64,000 nucleotides of DNA, taken from NCBI GenBank assembly GCA_965235115.1, contig OZ249443.1, forward strand, positions 20,150,001-20,214,000. Direction: 5' to 3'. The DNA is from Laetmonice hystrix (Eukaryota). This document shows positions 13,701 through 24,061 of the stretch, piece by piece (the stretch's first letter is position 1; the number at the start of each line of letters is the position of its first letter). The notes beneath the pieces were generated by a model that searched no databases, was not told where the DNA came from, and was given only the letters and a program-made list of their open reading frames with translations. A program made the position numbers and the translations under genes.

Positions 13701-16700
13701 ATGCAGCACGGCATGTCGACTGCCGCCGGGCAGTCTGGACGTACGGACGGAAGACGTTGTTGTCATGGCGATGGTGGGATTAAGGAAAGCTGTGTTAGGC
13801 GCTGCCAATGCCTACCTAAGTCGTTGTCGTGGCAAGCCGACGATGAGGCTGGCTATGGATGGGGCGAGGGCGCCCGACGATTTATCTGACAGTGGCCGTT
13901 AAAAACTGACGTTGCCATAAATCCATGATTGCAGCCAAGGTCATTCATGAACCGGTCGTGGCTGGCTGTGCCTCGGACAGGTCACGTCACGTGTCTATGA
14001 CGTGACGTGAGAACAAAATGACGTACTCCAAAAACATGCCATGACAGCCACGCTTGGAGAAAATCAGGCTAAGCCCCTGGTTGGTCAACACCGGGCCTCT
14101 CGCTGCTCAGCTCTGAACCCCTTTTCTTCCTGATGTGTGAAATGCTGTCAAATATCTGCTGCAAGACGGTGCTTTTTTTCGGGTACCTCGCCCCCCTGTC
14201 TTTATGACCGAAATACGGCTGCGACTGCGTTACCCACAATTACCCTAAAGGCTAAACCAACTCACAAAGTGTCTCTCCTTCTATGCCCAGACTTCCAAAT
14301 ACCTGGGCGACGTTACATCAGGATGTGGGTCATTGCACCATTGATCGGGATAAACTAGCAGGTCTCTAAGCAAACGCCTCGAGAAAGGCTTTCCGTTTGG
14401 CGCCGACGCGGGCCATTTGTTTCAGCACTCGTGAATTATTGTCCCTTTTTTCATCCCGACTCGTCCCAGAATAATGAATAGCGGCTTTGAATCTCCCCCA
14501 TTTGGGTCACTAGACACTGGCTCACTGCCGGATTCCACGGCTTACCGGGGCTCACGATTCTGACGCCTCCTAGCGGAGAGTCGGGCTATCATGCAGCGCC
14601 CCCTGTGAGGAAGATGGATTTGGTCGCGTCCGTCCGGGCGGGGTTCCACGGGACGCCGGGGTCACGGGGCGGGCAGGGGATCCGCCGGCTGTCACGGAGG
14701 CGAGGGGGGAGGAGGGGGGGGGGGGGGGGGCTGTGGATATGGCGGGCTCACAAGCACATTTTAAAGGCACGTTGAAATAACCAACCCAAAATACAAAACA
14801 CAAAAATTCCAACCCTATAGTTATGATAATCGATACATTGGCTTAGTTCTGATGATGACACGAAACAATGTTTACAATCAGTGCCAATGTTCTGCGTACA
14901 TTTCTCCACACATTCCGAAATTGATTGTTGATAGATGTTTCCTATAGCAGCAGTACTGTCAGGATCCCCTGACCCGAGGTTCTGAGCGGACCACTATTTA
15001 CACTAACCACTCTCGTCGGTCTGATCGGAAACCTACAACTGTGAAACTACAATCAACGGGAAAAAACACTTTATATAAACGGATTCTTTCCAAGGGGGGG
15101 GGGGGAGACCTGATGACAGACATATCTCATACATTCAAACAGAATTTTTACCCTCGCCTACCCATTATAGACTATCTTGTCTCCAGTCATGAACACAGGT
15201 AAAGATCAACACGTTTTTTTTACCCCCAACAGTCAGCGAACAAGTGTACGAATGTAATTTGTAATTTCCGACTTAGAGAGCGGTAAAGCCTAATTGCCAT
15301 AGTGATGTTGGGAGTCGTTGACAGAAAGAAACCTTACTGTTCCAAATGTTATAAAAGAAACCACTCGGTGTAATGACAGCCGTCCTCAGACAAGTCCACC
15401 AGTCGCATGACAGCCGACAATCACGGAAATAAACAGGTTTTTTCCCCCACGCTCAGGTTTATAGAGAGTTAGTCTGGCTGGCTGGCTAGCGGTTTCAATA
15501 AGATATCTCAGCAAACGGGAACTCGGAAATGTCAATCGCCGTTTTTCATGAGAAACGGCAGTTTCTTAAAGCGACCTTTTAAAAAAAACGAGTGGGCGGG
15601 GAACGCGCCCTTGACGAGTTGTGAGAAAACCACAGGCAGATCCATCCGGGTTTAGACCATTTTCCGGAAACCAGTGCAAGGTTTAGCCCCCCCCCCCCCC
15701 CACCCCGCCCTAAAACGCAATAATGCGCTACAATTTTTCAATTTCTTTCTGGGGGAACATACCCCCCCCCCCCCGCCCCCCAGCACGCCCATATTGGAAA
15801 CTATTTAAGAAACAGCTCTGGATCGGCTGTTGAATACTGGTTCTATGAAGGCCTGAAACCTAAGTAGGCGCGGCTATCTGAAGTACGGGAGTTATCACAA
15901 AGATGTATGGTAGGTAAATGTATACAGCAAACTCATAATTCCTCTCAACGAGACGCAATAAAGGCTCGTCTGACCTTTTACTGTCTACAACCTTTACTTC
16001 TGGATACTAAAAAATAGTTTCCAACTTGCTGAAACCTGAACGACTGTAGTCAGGTAACATGTGCTCTACCAAAGGATCGGCCAAAGATAGTCACTATAAA
16101 CGTCCAACAAAACGCCTGAATGGAAGGATTCTGCTCATCTTATGGATCTAGTGAGCCAGTGTAGGCGTTTGGGTTCAATCTTCAAGCTTAGTAGGCCCTC
16201 ATTAAACATTCCCTACTGAACAATTTAGTCGCGGACCATTTCAAAATGTCCCATATTAATTATATTACTCCCCGAAAAAGGTTGGCAACGTGAAAATAAC
16301 TAACTTGTCCATTGTCCGTAGAAAATTCCTCTATCTATTGCCTGAACTCTGAAACAGGCCTCTCATAATTTTGGACAAGCGTATAAAATGGGAAGACCAC
16401 TGGTAGGCCAAGAAAATTCAAGTGGATTTGTCCCATAAAAAGTAAGTAAAAAATGTCTATCGAGTTAGCATGCATATCGGGGGCGAGACAGTGGTAACTT
16501 GGGCCCCGACAACCGGTATTGGGTTCACCGACACATGCCAACCTCATTACTGCATCAATTCCCTCATTATACTTCAAATATCCTCACTAATTAGGCGCCA
16601 ATTAATGGGATTGCCCAATTAACAGCAATGCAATCGGGTTGAAAGTGGGAATGTTGGCGCCACCATTTGAACATCAGCAGGGTGTGCCGAGTGTTCATTG

Positions 16701-16976
16701 ACTGGTGTGATTACTCCAACCTGTAATGATGCGGTAACGGTCAAACAGTGGGCCGTAATCATGTAAGGTTCACAAGACCGAACCAATCTCATGAGGATCC
16801 AACCAATCTCAGGGTAACTGAACCAAATCCAATCCTAGGATAACCAATCTCAGAGAATCCAACCTATAACTGGGATTTAACTGGGTTTGCGCAAACACAC
16901 CTGAACTATCCCAGGTGGGTTGACATCCTTCCAAAGATCATTTTTCTCACGGGCCCTGCCCACTGTTTTACTGCGT

Positions 16977-18024
16977 TAACGTACGGTGGCAGTAAAGACA
17001 CGACTACGTTTTGTGGGGAGCAATAACTGTAGATTCTTTACTTTGCATCTGTACACAGTGCCAGTACAACCCGGAGGATAAGGCACACGAACACAACCAA
17101 AATATACAGTATTGGCTATAACTGATGTATGCTTGATGATGTGTGGTTCACGTCTGGTTTGCAGGACTTGACCACACGTACGTTCCTCAATGGTAGAGCA
17201 GAATGAATGAAGTCTTTGAGATACACTGCCCACTGTTACTGAATACTGAATGTTCACGCACTAACTCACCAGGCAGAGTTTTTGGGATGTGGTGAAGCTG
17301 AGTGATGTCTTTGGCGTCGGACAAGCGTAATGGCGTTGTCGAGCAGGTAGAGTTCCTTAGGATGTGTGAAGTTGTTTCCAGCAGGCAAAGATGTGTGTCT
17401 TACCAAATTGTAGGATGAGTATATATAGGGAGGACCAATGTCAAACTGACCAATGATATATAACATAAAAATGCTGGTCATCTATTGGCTACACCATCAC
17501 AGGGCAGGCCTGTTTGAGGATTGTCCATTTGTTGTTAAAGCCAAGTGAGTTGGCACTGGCAGACAGTCTAATGAGCAGTGATTACTGAGGCCGACATCCT
17601 GGCACTAGTGAGCTGCTTCACAGAGGTGGGAAACAATAGGTGAGAAAACACCTGTATTACGGGTTCCCTGTGATGAGCGACTCTGCCCCTATGACTGTAC
17701 TGCCTTCATTAATAAAACAACCTCCCAAACGAAAGCTGGGGAAAACCATCAATGGAGAACATATGTCACCCAAGAGATTACATTGTTTGTAAACCTAAGA
17801 TGCTGGTAGCAGACAATGAATACAAACTGAACATCTGAGAACGGTGGTTAAATCCTTAATGCACCACGACATGGTTGGTAAATGTCTATAATGAACATCT
17901 AATCTTTCTGGGTGTAAATCAAACGTATACAATTTACAACTAAACACAAGAATTGTCTCTGACATAAGTTGTCTGTTCATTATTTTGAGCAAGAGTGGCC
18001 CATAGTGAAACTAGGGGTACGATA
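16977..18024 (-). repeat. 3' LTR (1048 bp)
   Basis: Apparently identical to 25516-26563 (three identical ORF-track translations at constant offset); 8-bp imperfect terminal inverted repeat TAACGTAC...GTACGATA. Confidence 0.95.
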
Positions 18025-18026
18025 TA

Positions 18027-18038
18027 TCCCCCTCGCTC
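18027..18038 (-). other. Polypurine tract
   Basis: Minus strand GAGCGAGGGGGA, separated from the 3' LTR by 2 nt. Confidence 0.8.
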
Positions 18039-18376
18039 AACTGAGATTGGAGCATCCAATCTCTAAAGGACAAAAATATACCTACGCTATAGTTCTCGGA
18101 CTATGTCAGAATTACGACTGTACTTATACGTAACATGACTTCTTCTTCTTTTTTTTTATATACAAAACATATCATCAATGCAAGAGCTAAATACTAGTAT
18201 ACAGTCATACCCGGCATTTTGGTATGGCAAAAGTATAGGACACAATATACATAAGGGATCGTGTCGATTGGTAATGACACGCACTGAATATCCCAGGGAG
18301 ATGCTTGAACAGACAGATTGTAAAGCATCTCTTCTTGGCGGTGTTTTCCAGAACACACAGAATGCCTTTCAGTATA

Positions 18377-18665
18377 TATGGTGTTCGGCATGAAATGTTT
18401 ATGCAACACCCTTGTTGTTGACCACATGAAAGTTTATGTGTATCACCGTATTGGACACATGGAAAGTTTATGTGTTCGTTGTATTTTCACACGTTTTTCA
18501 TTTCATTTCTTGAAGGTTGTAGTATGGTGTTCGGCATGAAATGTTTATGCAACACCCTTGTTGTTGACCACATGAAAGTTTATGTGTATCACTGTATTGA
18601 ACACATGGAAAGTTTATGTGTTTGTTGTGTCTTAACACTTTTTCATTTCATTTCTTGAAGGTTGT
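18377..18665. repeat. ~146-bp tandem duplication in the element 3' UTR
   Basis: TATGGTGTTCGGCATGAAATG...CTTGAAGGTTGT at 18377 and 18523. Confidence 0.85.
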
Positions 18666-18885
18666 CAACTGTTGAAATGATGACGGTTGACACATTGTTG
18701 ACACATTATTTGCTTGTTTTTGCTTGCTTCTTGTTTCTCTTGTTGGTTGCTGTTACATTGTTGTCTGATGTCTTGGAGATCTTACGTGGCTTGACTGGAT
18801 TGGTAGGGTTGTTTGAGTTAACCAGGGGTGAGGCGAAACCATAGGTACCATGACAGTTAATTACCGTTTGTCGCAAACCTTCAGC

Positions 18886-19620
18886 TTAATCAGGGTGGGA
18901 CAGTACACCTGTTAACATGGGGACGCACTGTTTGCAGGGTTTGAGGCATACCTGGACGTAAAAGCTGAATTGGGCGTGGCGGACAAATAGTAGGGCTTGA
19001 AATTTTTGTTTTAGAATGGATTTTAGTTTTAGGGCTTGCCAGGGGGAAATGGACAATTGTTCTGGCAATGGGACATCTTGGTTAGACAAAGTGTTGGTGA
19101 TGGACAGATCCTGCCAGTTAATATATAGGACGGGGCGTATGGAACCTTTGACATGGACGTCTTTTAGCCATAGGGATGCTTGGAAGTGGAAGTTTCTAGG
19201 GCAAATGGGGACATCTACGATTGGGACTTTCACGCACTTAGGACCGGTGGACAATTCAATAAAAATGGTCGAGTGGTGTTTGTTGCGCTTGTAGGCTTTG
19301 TACAGCAGGAGACCAACTGTGACCATTATGGCGAAGGTCACCATGTACGATGCAATATCATGCGTACATATGTCTACGGGGGAAGGGGTGGGGATGGTGG
19401 GTTGGGCTGTCGATGGGAATAGGTGGATTACTTTGTCTACAGCAAGTGCATGGGCTGCTTTTGTTTGTTTGAGTATTGACACATAAGCAATTAGTGTGCG
19501 GTATTTCCAGAAGAGAACTACTGTTCCTAGTAAGGATATACCACTAACGATGATGGGGATGAGGGTCCACCACCATGTAGTAGATGACCAGAGGATTGAG
19601 CCCGGATCAGCCCCCAATGC
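18886..19620 (-). pseudogene. env: env C-terminal fragment (TM anchor, second TM, ~115-aa extra domain)
   Basis: ORF 18886-19662: WWWTLIPIIVSGISLLGTVVLFWKY, second hydrophobic helix IASYMVTFAIMVTVGLLLY, then a beta-rich-looking domain. Located just before PPT/3' LTR in element orientation. 5' boundary (inversion junction) is approximate. Confidence 0.7.
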
Positions 19621-19895
19621 CCCAAAATCTGCCACAGGATAGCCAAAACAACTCCCAAACAACTACTACAGACGGTCACCCCACAGATGACCTACCGGAC
19701 AATGCAGAGGTATCGGATATCATCAAGTCAGGAAAGGTGCAGAACAGAAAGGCATATAAAGTGAGACTGAAGGACAAAAGAGGTCCCATCTGGCTATATG
19801 CTGAGGATGTACCTGACGCCATGAAAAGAACATTTCACATACAAAGGACACAAGCAGGAAAGAAAAGAAAGAGAAAGAAAGTTACACGTCAGTAA
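19620..19895 (+). pseudogene. Inverted integrase C-terminus (chromodomain-like fold plus basic tail)
   Basis: EVSDIIKSGKVQNRKAYKVRLKDKRGPIWLYAEDVP..FHIQRTQAGKKRKRKK resembles chromodomain-like ends of gypsy integrases and is followed by an A-rich spacer and env, the expected pol-env order. Confidence 0.6.
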
Positions 19896-19911
19896 AACAA
19901 AAACAAGAACA

Positions 19912-19942
<31 letters not shown>

Positions 19943-19965
19943 TCGAAAACAGCAAACAAACAATC

Positions 19966-19996
<31 letters not shown>

Positions 19997-20355
19997 GGAG
20001 GAGAAAGTGGCTTCCAACAAACCCCCCACCCCCCAACCACCCCTAAAATTCATGTGCTTTATATGAAGTGCTTTAGTGCCAGTTGTTTCTACAAAACTTG
20101 TGCCAGACCGTTAACAGTGTCACCAACAGAGCATCACTCGACGAGTCGCTTCTTTTACTTACAACTTGAGTCATACGGTTAAGTTTTAGAGTACAGTATA
20201 CCTGTCAGAGATCACTGTAAAGAGGATATTGCTTCGGTTGCCGACGGCGTGCTAACCCCAAAATCTGTGTCCAGAAAGGGCAGTGGAGCTTCATGTGCAC
20301 ACACCCTCATATCATCCATTATTCGTGCCTCATTCATTAAGGCTCTGCTCCCTAT

Positions 20356-21534
20356 ATGTTCACAGATTGCTGGGAATTAGCTACTCCCCGGGGCGTGCGC
20401 GCAACAAGCAGTCGGAGCTCTGTACTCGGCACAGTGCGGACAGGACTGATCATAGTACTCATTTACACCGTCATGATCTCAACCAAGATTCAAGCTATGG
20501 ATGTGGTTCAGCGACCCAACTACGGAATATTATTCCAACCCGCTGGCCGTATGCAAGCCACCTACAACAAGTGGTCGCATACTTTCCAGTTAACCATGCC
20601 CCAACGTCTGCAAGTTAACAGTACCAGCGTATCATGTCCTGAAACCACGTCCCATCATCCATGTTCAGCTTTAGTAAAGGCTCTTCAACGTGCCCATGCG
20701 ATACGCATGCGGACAGCCTCAACACTAAACATTTTACGCGACCAGATTATAGCACTCGTACCAAAGAGCAGAGCAAAACTCTCTCTCTCACGGTCCAAGC
20801 GAGCGTTACTACCAATCATCGGTGAACTGGCCCATTCCTTATTCGGAACAGCAACAGAACAAGAAGTAGAAACACTGGCAAGACATATCATAGCACTAGA
20901 AAAGCACTCCGACAAACAAGCGGCCGCTTTTGCACGTCACTCTGAGGAAATGTCTTCCTTCATGGCTGCAACAACAGAGCACTTTGAAAGTCTCACGGCT
21001 GAAATTCTAGAGAATCATCAAGCCCTAAATGATGTCTCTTTTACCCTACGTAGCTTTGGCCTGGCCACACAAGCGGCAATACAATTATCAATTGCTTTGG
21101 CAGAGGATGCTCACTTAACAGGTCAACTACAGCAACAATTCTCACTCATGTTCCAAGGCGTCCATGAGCTGACTCAGCATCGTCTCTCGCCATCACTACT
21201 ACCACTACAAATTCTCGAACACACCCTGGACAATATCAAGAACTTGCTAGCAACCAGCCACCCAGAATTTAAAATCGCTATCAGAGCCAACCACATTTAT
21301 GATTCCAAGGATTTCTTTTGGGCTTTCAGAAACAACTCGATTTTCATTACAATCAATATTCCACTTCTAACTCAGGCTGTGGTGCTGAACGTATACAAGG
21401 TCATCTCAGTACCAGTACCACTGCACACAAATTCTGAGCAAGTGACTCAACTTCTGGACACACCACGATACATAGCCTTCAGCTCAGATGGACTATATTA
21501 TACCATCCCAGACCCAGACAAATGGTTATCATAA
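20356..21534 (+). pseudogene. env: Inverted env N-terminal fragment, baculovirus-F/errantivirus-type class I fusogen (392 aa, truncated)
   Basis: Signal peptide LIIVLIYTVMISTKIQA, furin site RSKR (20791-20802), fusion-peptide-like ALLPIIGELAHSLFGTATEQE, heptad-rich helices. Ends at the junction with pol; no TM. Confidence 0.85.
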
Positions 21535-21540
21535 TTATCG

Positions 21541-24061
21541 TAGGGAGGGTTCCTTTGCTTAGGTATGTGTAAATGTGCCTGAAGTCTGGACACTCCTGTT
21601 GTGCGGCTGAAATAGTTGACCTGTCCATGCCAACAGGTGTCACTGCCGTTATTTCAGCGTTTGGTTGGGTAACTGTTCCTTGGTATTCAAATGATGCCTG
21701 CCACTGTTCATATAGGTTAGGCTGTTGTGGAATGGGTGTGCAAGTGAGAACTTCTCCATCAAGGTGTTCCATTATGGCACTCTTGGGATGTGGTGTGCTT
21801 TGGCTGTCATTGTATGGTCGACGTGAGAGGCCATCTGCATTAGTGTTAGCCACTCCTTTCTTGTGCTCGATGGTGAATGTATAGCCTTGTAGATTTAGTG
21901 CCCATCTGCATAACCTTGGGTTTTTGTGTTTAAAGTTCATTACATGTTTTAGTGCTTGGTGATCGGTCACGAGTTTAAAGGGTCGATGTGAGAGGTATAC
22001 GTGGAAGGCTTCTATGGCTTCTACGGCTGCCAAGCACTCCAGTTCAGATATTCCACGTTTGTATTCTGCACCGCGTAGGGATCGTCCTCCATAGCATACC
22101 GGATGTTCCTTTCCTGTACTATCTATCTGACTTAAGACATAGCCAATGGCACTACTGGACGCGTCAGATGTTACTATGAAGTCTTGGTTGAGGTCCGGAT
22201 AAGCTAAGACGGGGGGGTTTGTGAGACTTTCCTTGAGTTTGCTGAATGCCAGGGAACATTCTTCTGTCCAGACGAATTCAATATCTTTTTTAAGCAAAGC
22301 TGTTAATGGTGCCGTAGTTGTACTGTATCCGTCAATGAAGCGCCTGTAGTAATTAGCAATTCCCAGAAATGATCTCACTTGTTTTGGTGTTTTGGGGACT
22401 GGAAAGTCCGTTACTGCTTTGATCTTCTCAGGGTTGGGCAGGATTCCATTAGATGACAGGATATGACCCAGATAAGTGACTGCATTTGTACCAAAGCGAC
22501 ATTTTGTGGGTTTGGCTTTAAGGTTTGCCTTCCTTAACCTATCGAAGACTTGCTCCAAATCTTTCATGTGTTGGTCCACATCTGAGCTGAACACAATGAT
22601 GTCGTCGACAAATCCTGCCATAATTTTGTATACGAGTCCCCTGAAGACTTCAGAGACGAGTTTTTGGAAAGAGGTGCTAGCATTTCGCAAACCAAATGGC
22701 ATACGGTTCCAGGCATACTCTCCCTGTTGTGTCACGAATGCGGTTTTGTCTTTGCTGTCGGGATGGACTGGTATTTGCCAAAAAGCACCGGCCAGGTCTA
22801 TGACTGTATAGATTTTGGCTTTTCTTTGACCAATCGCATCCCATATGTCTTCCAAGCGGGGCATGGGGAAGCTCATTGGTTTGGTTACTGCATTGACATG
22901 TCTGTAGTCGACCGCAAAACGATAGGATCCATCACGTTTTTTCACTAACACGACGGGCGATGTCCACTCTGAAGTTGAGGGTTCAATGAAGCCACAAGCA
23001 AGCAATTCCTCAACTTGTTTATCTATTTCTTCTCTTACCTTAGGCGAGGCCCTGTAGAATCGCTTTGCTTTGGGAGGTGCATCACCTGTGTCTATTGTGT
23101 GGGTCATGAGTTGTGTGCATCCTATGTCAGAGACGTCTGTTGCAAAAACATCAGAGTGTTTAAGTAGGAATTGTCTGAGTCTATTCTTGTCATAGTCAGA
23201 CAACTCAGGATTTTCAACGTCAGGATCAAATGCAGCATTGCCTTGTGTGTTACGTTGTGGCTGATGTTGAACGTCTGTTTCATCACTTTCTTCGGCTATA
23301 GTCATGACCTGAGCTGGGGACATGCGACGTGCAATTCCAATGGTTGACATACCTGGTATGCGGACGGATTTACTTGTATTATTAATGATACGACATATTA
23401 TCGGTTTGTTGTCTTCCACTTCAACTAATGTTGGAATTACAGAGAATTGTGACCCTTTAAGTGTGCTCTTTCCTGTTGGTTCAATCAAGAACGGGTCCGT
23501 ACATGTTGTTGATAATTTGACCCGTACTGCTGTTACTGAACGTGCTGGTATCTTTTCAGGTTTTGTGGTTCTGACCAAAGTCGCCTTATTTGAGAGTGGG
23601 CCTAGAGGTAATGATATGCCTCTGTCCAGTGTTAATGTCCCATTCTCAAGGTTAACAATGGCTTTGTGTGCGGTCATGAAATCCATGCCTATTATTAGGG
23701 CGTGGTGACCTTGGAGCACGTGGAAGGGGTGACTAAATTCTGTGGTTCCTGCCTTGAATTTCAGGAGTATGCAGTCTAGCACCTTGTGTGTTTCTCCTCC
23801 CACACCTCTGACCGAGTTGTATGTGGGTCTCACTTTTGTGTGATTTCTCATAGATATTTTGTTGATCAGATGTGCAGAAATACATGAAATTACTGCACCT
23901 GTGTCTATGAGGGCTTGAACTGATAGTTGGCCTATCTGTACAGGTAGTGCCTGGTCATACTCTAGGTTGGTAGTAGACATTAGGTCAGCTGTTGGACCTT
24001 CTGTTTCAAGACTTTGCCTGTCCTCACATGTCATTTGACATGAAGAAACAGGCGCGAATTC
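21541..24061 (-). CDS. pol: pol: aspartic protease, reverse transcriptase, RNase H; integrase truncated
   Basis: ORF 21479-24034: LIDTGA (PR); YRFAVDYR, MPFGL, FVDD (RT); TSDAS, ELECLA, TDHQAL, NADGLSR (RH). Breaks after QQECPDFRHIYTYLSKGTLP with no HHCC or DDE motifs. Frame stays open up to the gag TAG. Confidence 0.92.

Noticed and set aside
16973-16977. 5-bp TSD GCGTT
   Set aside because: Possible, but it breaks the terminal inverted symmetry and the matching 2-nt gaps to the PBS and PPT; the 4-bp GCGT reading fits better.
16976-17992. Three small ORFs duplicated at 25515-26531
   Set aside because: They lie in the LTRs; the identity reflects LTR duplication, and none has a recognisable motif.
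21573-23708. Several + strand ORFs over pol, and + ORFs over gag and the ASB exon
   Set aside because: Antisense shadows of real coding frames; no independent motifs.
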